This document shows, one piece after another, positions 1 to 10,156 of a stretch of DNA of 64,000 nucleotides. The stretch lies in IMG/VR virus record IMGVR_UViG_3300022752_004330, positions 49,690-113,689 of that record, one strand, 5' to 3'. Source of the stretch: a virus. Within the stretch, counting starts at the first letter, position 1. The number at the start of each line of letters is the position of its first letter. Made by a program: the position numbers and the translations under genes. The notes below the pieces were generated by a model. The model searched no databases and was not told the DNA's origin. It worked only from the letters and a program-made list of their open reading frames with translations.

Positions 1-473
1 CTATCGAAGATAGATTATACAGAACAGGTACAGCAAGAATTATTACACCACTTAAACGTGCTACTTTAGAAGACAGAACTTCTGGATTGATACGTAGAAT
101 ACCAAGTCCTCAACATGTTCCTCATTTTAAAGAAGCAGGTGTCTATGGTAAACGTAATATAAATTCTGTAGGACAGGTTAGAGGTACTCCTTTTGAGTTA
201 AGACCAACTGTGATGAATAAAGGTGTTATTAGTGTCAGAGCAATACAAGCCAATAATATAAGAGTTGGTGCTAGTAATATTCCTATAATACGGTGGAGTT
301 ATCATAAAGCTGATTATCCTATCCTTAAGTTTAGCACAGTCAATAAAGGTACAGTTTTTAATATTAATAGCGGTATAGTAGGCATAGGACAAGACAGAAA
401 CAGAAGATTAGGTAACGTTAGACCACCATTCGAAGGTGCAGGACGCAGAGTACCAGTTCAGTTCTGGAGTTAA
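1..473 (+). CDS. 5'-truncated hypothetical protein
   Basis: Frame of ORF 87..473 is open back to position 3 (IEDRLYRTGTARII...), so the gene starts upstream of the window. Confidence 0.7.
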   Translation, partial: IEDRLYRTGTARIITPLKRATLEDRTSGLIRRIPSPQHVPHFKEAGVYGKRNINSVGQVRGTPFELRPTVMNKGVISVRAIQANNIRVGASNIPIIRWSYHKADYPILKFSTVNKGTVFNINSGIVGIGQDRNRRLGNVRPPFEGAGRRVPVQFWS

Positions 474-523
474 ACAGATAAATAAATATAAATATTGAAA
501 GCAAACAAACAAAGGAGAATTTC

Positions 524-778
524 ATGTCAATGTTTGAAACATTAAACAATGCTTTTCCAAATCATACACATTTTTATGTAGTATCCGGAATGCAAATTAG
601 TGAAGCTATGGATCGTTGCGCTAGATTAACTCTAGATGATGGTCAAGTTTTTCATTATAATAATCAAGTGATTTTTGCTGTTAATCATGATGTTGAAACA
701 GTAGATATTCCATGGTTAGATCCAGTGGAAGGTTCACCACATACACCATTATTCCAACAAAAACCAACTGATGAATAA
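524..778 (+). CDS. hypothetical protein
   Basis: 84-aa ORF with AAGGAG SD and ATAAATA motif upstream. Confidence 0.75.
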   Translation: MSMFETLNNAFPNHTHFYVVSGMQISEAMDRCARLTLDDGQVFHYNNQVIFAVNHDVETVDIPWLDPVEGSPHTPLFQQKPTDE

Positions 779-799
779 TTTTATTATCTGAGATAACCT

Positions 800-3712
800 A
801 TGGCCAAGAAAATAATAAGAGAAGCCTATACTTTTAATCCTGCGACAAGGACTATTACTATAACAGGTAGGTCCTTGCGAAGAGAGCAACTTGTTCTTAT
901 AACCAATGTAACTACAAACGTAGTAATTTATAATTTTGCTGATACATCTTTAACTGCCAGCAGCTATACTGTTACCACTACTAACAATGTAGAAACAACT
1001 ACGATTGTATTGACCTATAACACAGGGAGTATGAGCTCTACCGACAAATTGGCCATACTTATCGAAGATACTAATGAGTGGTTATATCCTGCAGAAGCAT
1101 ATAAAGATCCTGTAGAAAAGATGCGTATCAGCGCACCTCAGGCGCTGATTGATACTGACTTTGAATATGGCACCCAGCCTACTAAGTGGGAAACTATTGC
1201 CTTGGTAGCTAACCGTCCTGCAAGTTTTTATGATTACACACAGCCAATTACTAACGTAAATACACAATATAGTATTAATGGTGGTGCTGTTGGTAACTAT
1301 CAAATCACCAACGTAGTAGGAAATGGTAATTATTCAGTTACAATAAGTATTAATAATACAACTGGTATTACAACTTCAACTCCAATTTTCGTTCAAGATA
1401 CAACTGATGCTAATATAAATGGTTGGTGGATTCCAACATCTATATCTGCTAATACTTCTATTACATATAATACAGAACGACAAATAACCAACGGTAGTGT
1501 ATTTGATAGTGCTAAAACCATTGTATTTGTTGGAGCATTTTATACCGGTGCTGCTTTCCCACATGCAACCAATGCATTTACCAATGTAGGAAGTATAGTT
1601 ACTGTAACAACAACACATGCGCACAACATGAATGCAGGGCAGGCAATATTTGTGACAGGTACTTCTGCTACGACAAATGCACCAAACGGTACTTGGGTGA
1701 TTAGAAGAATTCTAAGTTCAAATAGTTTTGACTTTGATGTTGCGCCTCAGGCTTCGGCTCCAACTGGAGCTATTACAGCAACACTAAATGGAAGTTTATA
1801 TTCTAAAACATGGGGTAATAGTTCTCACAGAGCATTCGACGGTGGGGTAACTTTCACAGCTGGATTGCCATATCATGGAAATCAACTGATAAGGCAGACT
1901 CGAAGATACTTTCGTTATCAGTCAGGCAAAGGAATTCAGTTCTCTACCGGAAGTAATTTATGCGCACCATTTCAAACTGATCAATTATCAGCTTCTGGTA
2001 CCACTGTTACTGTGACGACCAAATATCCTCATAATATTAATATAGGATGTGTAGTTCAAGTAGCAGGAGCAGATCAAGCAGCTTACAATGGAAGCTTTAC
2101 TGTAACCAGCATACCTACGGAAACAACATTTACCTATACTGCATTATCAGCTCCAACTCCTACAGTAGCAACATCTATTACAGCAAATGGTTTTACAGTG
2201 CAGCCAAAAAATTGGTACGGTGCTAGTTGTAGATTAGGAATGTTCGATCAACAAAACGGTTTATTTTTTGAATATGATGGACAAACACTTTATGCAGTAA
2301 GAAGATCTAGCACTACGCAGATTCCTGGTTTTTTAACAAGTCTTGCAAACGGTAGTCAGGTTTGTACAGGTTCTGCTGCCTGTAAGTGGGCAGAAAATTT
2401 AATTCCAGGTGATTACGTTGTAATTAGAGGCATGAGCTACATGGTAGTTAGTATTGAAAGTAATACTAGCATGACAATCTACCCAGATTTTAGAGGTCCT
2501 TCGATTACAAGCCCTTCTACTGTGATTATAAGCAAGACGATTGATTTTAAAGTTCCACAGAGTTCTTGGAATATAGACAAGTGTGACGGAACTGGGGAGA
2601 GTTTATTCACCTTAGATATTACAAAGATGCAGATGTTCTTTATTGATTATGCATGGTATGGTGCTGGTACAGTGAGATTTGGATTGAGAAATCAAGCTGG
2701 TCAGGTAATGTATTGCCATAAAATGGCTCATGGTAATCAACAAACAGAGGCTTACATGCGTTCTGGTAATCTGCCAGCACGTTATGAGGTTAATACTCTA
2801 TATCCAAAAACTATTATGGATCCTACAACTAGTATCACGGCAGTATCTAATTCTATTGTAGTTAGAGATACAACAGGATTTCCTAATACAGGAACTTTTG
2901 TTATTCAGGCTGCGGGTAATACAGGAGCAGCCGTAGAATATGTAAATTATACAAGTAAAACTTCTACATCATTTTCCGGTCTAGTAAGAGGAATACAGTC
3001 TTTATCTGGACCAGGAGCACAGGCGAATATGGGAGGTGGTGCAGCATCTTCTTTTACACCTACTGCAACTGCCCCGGTTGGTATACAATATTGGGGGCCA
3101 CAGGCCGCTGTTACTATTAGCCATTGGGGCAGCTCGGTTATCATGGACGGTGCTTATGATGATGATAGAGCTATTTTGTTTAACTATGGTATTAACACGC
3201 CTTACACATTAACCACTGCCGGTGTAAGATATCCAATTTTTAGTATAAGGTTAGGACCATCAGTGGACTTCGGTGCCACAGGAACCCTAGGTCAGAGAGA
3301 AGTTATCAATCGTATGCAATTACAGCCACACGGTGTTGGTGTGTTTGCAGCAGGATCAACAATTCGTGTTGAACTATGGTTGAACACTGCGGTAAGTGGT
3401 TCATCAACTTTTGTAGGTGTCGGTGGTTCTAGTTTGACACAAAGAGCTGATCATACAAACACACAAGTTATCAGTGGGGGTGAAAGTATAGCTACCTTCT
3501 TTGCTCCGGTAGGTTCATTCTCTGTGCTAGACTTAACTAAAGCTCGTGATATTGGAAATAGTATTTTAGGTGGTGGTATTACTAATACCTATCCAACTGG
3601 AGTGAATAATAAGTATCCAGATGGTCCTGATATTTTAACAGTGGTTTGCATTCCAACCTCAAACGGTGCAACAGCACTTGTTCGTATGAACTGGATTGAA
3701 GCACAGGCTTAA
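800..3712 (+). CDS. large virion structural / tail-associated protein
   Basis: 970 aa, T/S/N/G-rich beta-type repeats; RQTRRYFRYQSGK and IDYAWYGAGTVRFG motifs shared with paralog 56388..57731. Confidence 0.7.
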   Translation: MAKKIIREAYTFNPATRTITITGRSLRREQLVLITNVTTNVVIYNFADTSLTASSYTVTTTNNVETTTIVLTYNTGSMSSTDKLAILIEDTNEWLYPAEAYKDPVEKMRISAPQALIDTDFEYGTQPTKWETIALVANRPASFYDYTQPITNVNTQYSINGGAVGNYQITNVVGNGNYSVTISINNTTGITTSTPIFVQDTTDANINGWWIPTSISANTSITYNTERQITNGSVFDSAKTIVFVGAFYTGAAFPHATNAFTNVGSIVTVTTTHAHNMNAGQAIFVTGTSATTNAPNGTWVIRRILSSNSFDFDVAPQASAPTGAITATLNGSLYSKTWGNSSHRAFDGGVTFTAGLPYHGNQLIRQTRRYFRYQSGKGIQFSTGSNLCAPFQTDQLSASGTTVTVTTKYPHNINIGCVVQVAGADQAAYNGSFTVTSIPTETTFTYTALSAPTPTVATSITANGFTVQPKNWYGASCRLGMFDQQNGLFFEYDGQTLYAVRRSSTTQIPGFLTSLANGSQVCTGSAACKWAENLIPGDYVVIRGMSYMVVSIESNTSMTIYPDFRGPSITSPSTVIISKTIDFKVPQSSWNIDKCDGTGESLFTLDITKMQMFFIDYAWYGAGTVRFGLRNQAGQVMYCHKMAHGNQQTEAYMRSGNLPARYEVNTLYPKTIMDPTTSITAVSNSIVVRDTTGFPNTGTFVIQAAGNTGAAVEYVNYTSKTSTSFSGLVRGIQSLSGPGAQANMGGGAASSFTPTATAPVGIQYWGPQAAVTISHWGSSVIMDGAYDDDRAILFNYGINTPYTLTTAGVRYPIFSIRLGPSVDFGATGTLGQREVINRMQLQPHGVGVFAAGSTIRVELWLNTAVSGSSTFVGVGGSSLTQRADHTNTQVISGGESIATFFAPVGSFSVLDLTKARDIGNSILGGGITNTYPTGVNNKYPDGPDILTVVCIPTSNGATALVRMNWIEAQA

Positions 3713-4011
3713 TTATTTTGCTGTAACAATAAAGTTTTTTTAAGATTATTATAATCGTCTACAAAACTTAATTGTTTAGGATCTTTAGGGGTATCCTGCC
3801 ATTCTGATTCTGTGATATTTTTAGTTATAAAAATTTCATAGTCATGGCCGGTGCCCTTATATAAATTTACAGTTTCAAATCCCACAGGATTTTCGGCTGC
3901 TCTGAGCAGGGCTCTTCCAAGTTCTTTTAATGCTGTTGTTTCTCCTATAATCACAGCCTGTCCTTTTATATCAGCACTTGGGTATATATGTAATCTTGAT
4001 TGTACTTTCAT
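3709..4011 (-). CDS. hypothetical protein
   Basis: 100-aa ORF coupled by overlap to upstream gene. Confidence 0.7.
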   Translation of the reverse strand: MKVQSRLHIYPSADIKGQAVIIGETTALKELGRALLRAAENPVGFETVNLYKGTGHDYEIFITKNITESEWQDTPKDPKQLSFVDDYNNLKKTLLLQQNN

Positions 4012-4652
4012 CTTTTTAATAGCTCATTAACAAAATCTAATAATAATTCATGATGTAACTTCTTATGCCAGCGTTTTACCATGTATTTCTTTCTATACCA
4101 GTATTGTTCACTTTCCGGATGGCAACCTATTAGGCCTATGTTACCTTGTATTATAGCCATAGGATCATTATTGGCGTATCTTGAAATAACTTCAAATGTT
4201 CGTTCGTTTCCTAGATAAGTACATCCGTCGTAAAAAAACATATCGTAATCTTCATCATACCATTTGATCTGAGCAGTGGTGGCATACGAGCGTTTTACAT
4301 CTGAATTTGGTCGTTTTATATATTGCACTACATCGATATCTTCTAATAAATCAAAATACCATGGACCCGCCCAATAGGCACCCATACATATGCCAAGATA
4401 TTTCCCGCCATATTCAATATACTCAGCCATCATATTACCTTGGCGACGTGTAAAAAAATTATAATGTGTATGACTATCTCCAATACCTCCTGGAAACATT
4501 ACTGCACTATAGTCTTTCAAAATTACTTTATTAAACTCTTCTTTGGTGAACAAGTCTATTTTATAATAAGAAGATAATGCTTCTATCATTCCATTGCAAC
4601 AATCTATGCTACATTCTGGATGATGATTAAACAATGCTAGTTTTAATTTCAT
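4008..4652 (-). CDS. BPL_N / class I glutamine amidotransferase-like protein
   Basis: FPGG motif, nucleophile elbow YLGICMGAY, GCHPE His-Glu motif. Confidence 0.8.
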   Translation of the reverse strand: MKLKLALFNHHPECSIDCCNGMIEALSSYYKIDLFTKEEFNKVILKDYSAVMFPGGIGDSHTHYNFFTRRQGNMMAEYIEYGGKYLGICMGAYWAGPWYFDLLEDIDVVQYIKRPNSDVKRSYATTAQIKWYDEDYDMFFYDGCTYLGNERTFEVISRYANNDPMAIIQGNIGLIGCHPESEQYWYRKKYMVKRWHKKLHHELLLDFVNELLKR

Positions 4653-6313
4653 GCGACATCTTCTAATTTAAATTTTTTATGTTTATATACTGTAACATAC
4701 TCTGTGTTATTTTTATATCCCAATTTTCCTTCCCCCCATATGATTGGATGTTCATGTAAACTTGTAGCATGTGGTAAAACAACATCTAAATAACGACCAT
4801 TACCTGTTCCCAATGTGACGAATGTTATGTACTCTTTTGGTTTAGACTTGAACACACGATAATTAGCTACCAACCCACAAAATTCTACCCGTCCAGGACG
4901 GCGTATTTCTTGACATTGAGGTATAAAACTCTTTGAACGCCAACGACCCATTTTCATTAGGTCCTCAATCTCACCACCTTGCCCTACAGCAGGAACAGCA
5001 CCCGCTAACTTTGCTTCTTGCCAATATACCCATCGAGCATATGAACCTTGACAATGTTTTAGAGCAGCACGCCAAAACGCTTCAGGATTATGCGCCTTCT
5101 GATAAGCCAATGCCCAAATTAATCTACCTAGGTTAATGGCATGAGCTCGACATAAGCCAAAATGACTAAGCTCTCTCAAAGCTAAAAAAACATCATTTTT
5201 TCGTGGATGATCGCCTATTAATTGCATAAATTCAAACATTTTTTCTTCATTTTTCTTGGCAAAGGCACGTCGCCACATGTCCGCTGTATACTTGTCACAA
5301 TCTAGTATTTCAGAAATAAGATCTATGGCATCATCTTCAAATACTATAGTATCTTGGAACCCATCTTTGCTCCAGTCTTGAAAGAATGAAGCCTTGCGGC
5401 GACCCTGTGTGGCCACTGGACGAATTAGGGCAGTGGCCAAGGTGCAGTCACTTTTACTCTTAGGACGAATAGCACGAAACAGACGTTTCATAGCAGGACT
5501 TTCGCCCTGTGTGACTCCTAAGATATCACCACGACACAATAGTTCGCTAGTAGCCTCATCGTGCTCCGGGTAGTCCGACAAAGAACGCTGTTCTATTTCC
5601 CATAGTTGACTCAGCCCACGATTAGCAAGTACGTCTATCTTAAAGTGTTCAAGATCTTCAATTTCATACTTGTCTAGTAATATTTGGTTTTCAGAATTGA
5701 TTAGGCTTTTAGGCACAGCACGATCGAAGATCAATATACCACCACAGTGTTTAGAAATACAGCGTTTTTTGCCTAATAGTTTATTGGCTAGTCTTTCAGC
5801 ATCTTTTACAAACTCAGGAACTACTTCTTCTAATTTAAAGTTGCGTTTGAGTTTGCCCTTGGCACCATAGCGTTTTGCTGCTTCGCGTAGTGCGGATTTT
5901 TCTTTGTAGGTCACGTAATTACTAACACGAGCACTTTGCCCTTTCCATTTATTGAATATACGATTCATAACAGTTTCTTGTTGCCAGTGCGGAAAGTCAA
6001 GATCTATATCAGGTAAATCGTCGCGTTTTGGATTCATAAAACGTGCCAGCGGTATGTGTTCTTTAACAGGATCTACATCCGATATTCCCATTAGATAACA
6101 GATTAGACTTGATCCTGCTGATCCTCTAGTTATATGTGGAATATCACGAGTTAGGTCTAGTATTTCCCTAACCCTAAGAAAGTGTTTGGCAAAACCTAGT
6201 TGTGCTATGAGTTCTAATTCTTCTGTTAGTCTTGTGTTATATTCTTCAGTATCGGGTATTTGCCTGGTAAATTTAGTGATGAGATAATCTAATTCCTTGT
6301 ATCTTGATTCCAT
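4649..6313 (-). CDS. dnaE: DNA polymerase III alpha-like protein lacking the PHP domain (mini-DnaE)
   Basis: RGSAGSSLICYLMGISDVDP, catalytic PDIDLDF, SKHCGG, KIDVL, RAHA motifs and C-terminal OB-fold-like region; only 554 aa. Confidence 0.85.
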   Translation of the reverse strand: MESRYKELDYLITKFTRQIPDTEEYNTRLTEELELIAQLGFAKHFLRVREILDLTRDIPHITRGSAGSSLICYLMGISDVDPVKEHIPLARFMNPKRDDLPDIDLDFPHWQQETVMNRIFNKWKGQSARVSNYVTYKEKSALREAAKRYGAKGKLKRNFKLEEVVPEFVKDAERLANKLLGKKRCISKHCGGILIFDRAVPKSLINSENQILLDKYEIEDLEHFKIDVLANRGLSQLWEIEQRSLSDYPEHDEATSELLCRGDILGVTQGESPAMKRLFRAIRPKSKSDCTLATALIRPVATQGRRKASFFQDWSKDGFQDTIVFEDDAIDLISEILDCDKYTADMWRRAFAKKNEEKMFEFMQLIGDHPRKNDVFLALRELSHFGLCRAHAINLGRLIWALAYQKAHNPEAFWRAALKHCQGSYARWVYWQEAKLAGAVPAVGQGGEIEDLMKMGRWRSKSFIPQCQEIRRPGRVEFCGLVANYRVFKSKPKEYITFVTLGTGNGRYLDVVLPHATSLHEHPIIWGEGKLGYKNNTEYVTVYKHKKFKLEDVA

Positions 6314-6409
6314 AAGATGCCTTTATAATTGCCATAATATGGATATTTAAGAAATTAAATTTTGTATTGATGAGTTTTTGGTTACAAATATCATCTATAA
6401 AATATTTTA

Positions 6410-6484
6410 ACAGGATCCGTTTTTGGGATATCAGGACTGCGAACAGTCTCAAAGAAGGCCAAATAATTTTGCTGTAAGGATCCT
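6410..6484 (-). ncRNA. CAGCAA-motif structured RNA candidate, copy 1
   Basis: Minus strand AGGATCC-TTACAGCAAAA...GACTG-TTCG-CAGTC...GGATCCT-GT; same architecture as copies at 31047 and 31121. Confidence 0.6.
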
Positions 6485-6498
6485 AATTGTATTTAACT

Positions 6499-6867
6499 TT
6501 ATAAAGTCATCTTCTGAGCAGCCATGGCTCGTTCTTCATCTGTTAATTCGTAGCATTTAGGCAAACGATTAGGATCTCGTAATAAATCATATTCGGATCT
6601 TTTCGTATACGTCTGTTTAAAATGTCTAAATACCAACCAGGTTACAAATGCCATGCTTACTACTGCTACATGTCCTATTACATTATAGCCAATGAGATAA
6701 AGTTCTCCCGCCCACAAACTAAATGCCACGGCCCAAAAACTTGCCAATAAAATACTGGCAATATATTTGATTTGTGGTGGTGCATCTTTTAGAGCATTTC
6801 GATTGGGGTCAAGAAGTTCGACGAATGCTCGATACACAACGATAATGAATTTAATTAGTCCAAACAT
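6499..6867 (-). CDS. membrane protein
   Basis: Likely start MFGLIK after GGAGA SD; two hydrophobic helices. Confidence 0.7.
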   Translation of the reverse strand: MFGLIKFIIVVYRAFVELLDPNRNALKDAPPQIKYIASILLASFWAVAFSLWAGELYLIGYNVIGHVAVVSMAFVTWLVFRHFKQTYTKRSEYDLLRDPNRLPKCYELTDEERAMAAQKMTL

Positions 6868-6886
6868 ATTAAGTATCTCCGAAAAA

Positions 6887-7036
6887 TTAGTCTTTAGATT
6901 TACCGCAGAGATCCGGGTAAAATTGTTCATTACATACATTGGTTACAGCGTAATGTTTGTCTTTAATCCAATAAAGACCTAGGCAGATTAAAATTGGTAG
7001 TACAAAGGCTACAAATATAGCAATTAAATACTTCAT
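6887..7036 (-). CDS. small membrane protein (49 aa, not in ORF track)
   Basis: MKYLIAIFVAFVLPILICLGLYWIK...; AGGA SD and TTGACC-17-TATAAT promoter upstream. Confidence 0.55.
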   Translation of the reverse strand: MKYLIAIFVAFVLPILICLGLYWIKDKHYAVTNVCNEQFYPDLCGKSKD

Positions 7037-7132
7037 AGTGTGTCAGTCCTAAATAATAATTATATACTATTTAATTAGATAGGTCAATGGTTACTTAAAT
7101 TTTTTGAATAGAAATTTACTAGGTAAAAAGTA

Positions 7133-7630
7133 TTAAAATGACCAACCTGAATTATATGTATTCCTAGATGTGGTTGCAAAAAAGTCTACGACAGCATGTA
7201 ATAAAAACCAATCAGCATTATTATTACTTCCGGAAATATTCCAAGTTCTAGGATCTCTAGCAGTAACATCATTTGCTGTTGCCCAATTGTAACCATTAAA
7301 GGTTCTTGTTGTGGTAAAATCAAAAACCACTATGGTAGATCTTCCTGTAAAATCATTTAGGTCTAAAAATTTAGTTCCAGTATTTCCATCTACTAATTTT
7401 GGTGGTTCCTCATTAACAGGACTACTTCCCCCCGGATTAGTTACCGTAACACCAGACATACTTTGATTAACACCATCAGCTGTGAATACAAACTCCGATG
7501 CTTGAGGAAAACTATTAGAACCTTGATTTACTCCTCCTCGAATGTTATTAATTTCCCACTTATAATATCTAAAAGGCAACAAGGAAACAGTAACTCCTCC
7601 TCTTATAACCACTCCTCCTTGAAGTTGCAT
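7133..7630 (-). CDS. discoidin/F5-8 type C-like carbohydrate-binding virion protein
   Basis: FRYYKW, LVDGNTGTKF, TANDVTARDPRTWNISGSN motifs; likely start MQLQGG. Confidence 0.65.
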   Translation of the reverse strand: MQLQGGVVIRGGVTVSLLPFRYYKWEINNIRGGVNQGSNSFPQASEFVFTADGVNQSMSGVTVTNPGGSSPVNEEPPKLVDGNTGTKFLDLNDFTGRSTIVVFDFTTTRTFNGYNWATANDVTARDPRTWNISGSNNNADWFLLHAVVDFFATTSRNTYNSGWSF

Positions 7631-7643
7631 ATTATAACATCCG

Positions 7644-8276
7644 CTAAACTTTTCCACTGGCAAGAACTATTTGACATATATGTTCTAAGCGTTCTATATG
7701 TTCAAAAGCACGCCATGGAGTGGTATCTATGCTGACTACACCGTGTCCCTTAATACCCACTATGTCATAGGCAATATTTCCAAACTGATCTAGTTCTAGA
7801 GCACGATGACAATGATCTGCTAGTTCTTGGCTAATTGGAGCAACATCTCCTACATTAGGTGCTACTTTGGTATAACGGCTTAGTTCAGGAAAATCTTTTA
7901 CTAGGTCTTGTAGCACGATACCACGGTGCATGGCTGCTATGGTATAGGTTGGATGTAGATGAACTACCACACGAATATCTTCTGAGTGCTGTCCCATCTC
8001 TCTTTGTAGTCCCCAATGTAAAGGTAATTCTCCACTTGGTTTGAGATTCCCGCTAATGTCATCCTGTTCTATGACTTCAGGATATTCTGTTGTGCCATTA
8101 TTAGCAATACGGATTTTTTTAAACATATCGTATTGTAGTTTTTGCTTACGCACACCACTAGGTGTTATATAAAAATGATTACGATCGTGATAGCGTATAC
8201 TTAGATTACCATCTCTACTAGTAATCCAATTACGACGGTATGCTTCTGCTAAAACATCGCAGCAAGTTTCTAACAT
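7644..8276 (-). CDS. class II aldolase/adducin family protein
   Basis: DGNLS, ITPSG, PSGELPLH, VHLHP, GHGVV metal-binding motifs. Confidence 0.85.
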   Translation of the reverse strand: MLETCCDVLAEAYRRNWITSRDGNLSIRYHDRNHFYITPSGVRKQKLQYDMFKKIRIANNGTTEYPEVIEQDDISGNLKPSGELPLHWGLQREMGQHSEDIRVVVHLHPTYTIAAMHRGIVLQDLVKDFPELSRYTKVAPNVGDVAPISQELADHCHRALELDQFGNIAYDIVGIKGHGVVSIDTTPWRAFEHIERLEHICQIVLASGKV

Positions 8277-8295
8277 AAATTATCCTTGATGTACT

Positions 8296-9435
8296 TTAAT
8301 ATAATCGCTCAATGCTGATAAAATTCTTTGAATAACCAGGGCCGATCATCAAAGTTATTCTGTAAAAACGATTGTTTGTAACATCGTTTACTAGATATTG
8401 ACTACCATCACCAGCATTTGGAAAATTATATCCAAACCAGGATCCGCTGGGAGTTGTAGTATATGTAGCAGCACTGGTCGTTGCGTTGCCACCTACACCA
8501 TTTACATAACCGAACGTGGCACTAATATGAGCTTGAAATGATCCCGAAACAGCGGCTACACTTAATCCCCTATTACCTGATGTAGTAACCGTGGCCTTAA
8601 TATTGTCTAATGTAACAAACTGTCCTGCATCTACATAGTTAGAGATTGATTTAAAATCTGATACTGTAGGTATTATATAAATGAATGTGCCTGGGGGTTC
8701 ACCTTGAGTTAGTGTTCCCGTATGTGTCCAACTGCTGGCAGGATCTGTAGATACAGTATAATGTGATCCATTACTCCAGGTCCCAAAATATCCATATAGT
8801 GTATAACTGGTTAGAGAATTTTGTATAACTTTAAAAATAGATGGGGCAGAAACATTGCTACCTAAAGCAGTATTTCTACTGGCAGATCCGTCACCGTAAA
8901 ATCCATTTTTATTTGATTGACCATTTGAAGTTTTAAAATATAACTCTGTCACTTGATTTTGAGAGAATTCTGTGTTGTAGCCACAGTGAGCAACTATTCT
9001 CATATAAAGAGTAGTTCCCTCATTAACCGTAGTCCAAGTTCCTAAATTCACATAGGATGCACTGCCTCCTGTTTGTGGAATATTAAAACTTGTAGAACCT
9101 CCTGAATCTCCCTTTGGTCCAGTATCGCCTTTAGGTCCTTGAGCACCAGTATCGCCTTTAGGTCCTTGAGCACCAGTATCCCCCTTAGGTCCTTGAGCAC
9201 CAGGTAGTCCATCCTTGCCAGCAGGTCCCGGCTCACCTTTCTCTCCTCTAGGTCCCATGTCACCCTGTGGCCCAGGTGTTCCATCTTTTCCATTCTCTCC
9301 ACGATCGCCTTTAGGGCCTACCTCTCCCTTTATAACTGTTGTGTTATTAGAATCTAAACCGGTAAGCTCGCCTAGAATTGCCTTTAATTGTTCTTTTCTA
9401 TAATTTATTAAAGTACTCATTCGTATAATCTCCAC
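8296..9435 (-). CDS. collagen-repeat tail fibre-like protein
   Basis: Long Gly-X-Y run followed by beta-rich C-terminal domains. Confidence 0.75.
   Translation of the reverse strand: MEIIRMSTLINYRKEQLKAILGELTGLDSNNTTVIKGEVGPKGDRGENGKDGTPGPQGDMGPRGEKGEPGPAGKDGLPGAQGPKGDTGAQGPKGDTGAQGPKGDTGPKGDSGGSTSFNIPQTGGSASYVNLGTWTTVNEGTTLYMRIVAHCGYNTEFSQNQVTELYFKTSNGQSNKNGFYGDGSASRNTALGSNVSAPSIFKVIQNSLTSYTLYGYFGTWSNGSHYTVSTDPASSWTHTGTLTQGEPPGTFIYIIPTVSDFKSISNYVDAGQFVTLDNIKATVTTSGNRGLSVAAVSGSFQAHISATFGYVNGVGGNATTSAATYTTTPSGSWFGYNFPNAGDGSQYLVNDVTNNRFYRITLMIGPGYSKNFISIERLY
9119..9203. repeat. 27-bp tandem repeat x3 (GAQGPKGDT collagen unit)
   Basis: ccagtatcgcctttaggtccttgagca, near-exact repeats. Confidence 0.9.
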
Positions 9436-9794
9436 TCTTCACCATTATAAAACACACCAATGCTATCATTGTTTAAACTTACCGTAATGTAAGGAGTCCC
9501 TAATATTGTATTACCGTTTCCATCTAAGATTAAATTATTGGTAGAAAAAGTTCCAAAGGCATCTAAGAAAAATATAGCATCTCCAATAGATGGAATTTCC
9601 GGTAAAGTAGCGGTTATTTTTTGACTTCTACTGTCTACTCCATACCTTTTTCCGGACATAGCATTAAAGTTGTCTGATTTAATGTCAAACCCAGGTTCTA
9701 AATGAGACTTAGAATTTAATCTCTGTAATACTTCATCATGAGTACCGGAGGTTGAATCTATAAACGGAGTAAAAACAAAAGTTGTTTGTGTCAT
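9417..9794 (-). CDS. tail/baseplate-associated small domain protein
   Basis: TLP-P-GD-I-F-D-GTF-TNNL-GNG motif typical of myovirus tail proteins. Confidence 0.6.
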   Translation of the reverse strand: MTQTTFVFTPFIDSTSGTHDEVLQRLNSKSHLEPGFDIKSDNFNAMSGKRYGVDSRSQKITATLPEIPSIGDAIFFLDAFGTFSTNNLILDGNGNTILGTPYITVSLNNDSIGVFYNGEEWRLYE

Positions 9795-9841
9795 AGAAAT
9801 TTCCTAATATTAAATTATAATATTATTTAAACATTTTTATT

Positions 9842-10156
9842 TTATTTTTCAATCTTAACTCTAACCGAAAACTCGCTATTTTCACTGGCACTTAATACAC
9901 ACCCTTGATTATTTTTGTATTCAATTATAGTCCATGCAGTAGTTTTTTCATTATAAAGTAAAACTACATTATTACCTTCGTCGTTATTCCTACCTCTCCA
10001 AATCGGAGTTTCTCCATATTTAGGGTCGCTGAGTTGTTTTAGTACCGAAGTAAAATCCGAAAAACAAACAACTGGTTTAGAAAAAAGATTTTGCCCGTAT
10101 GTACTATCAGACAAAAATATACACATGGTTATAGTTAGAATTTTTATTATTTTCAT
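9842..10156 (-). CDS. secreted hypothetical protein
   Basis: Signal peptide, KPVVC...WTIIE...GCVL pattern. Confidence 0.65.
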   Translation of the reverse strand: MKIIKILTITMCIFLSDSTYGQNLFSKPVVCFSDFTSVLKQLSDPKYGETPIWRGRNNDEGNNVVLLYNEKTTAWTIIEYKNNQGCVLSASENSEFSVRVKIEK

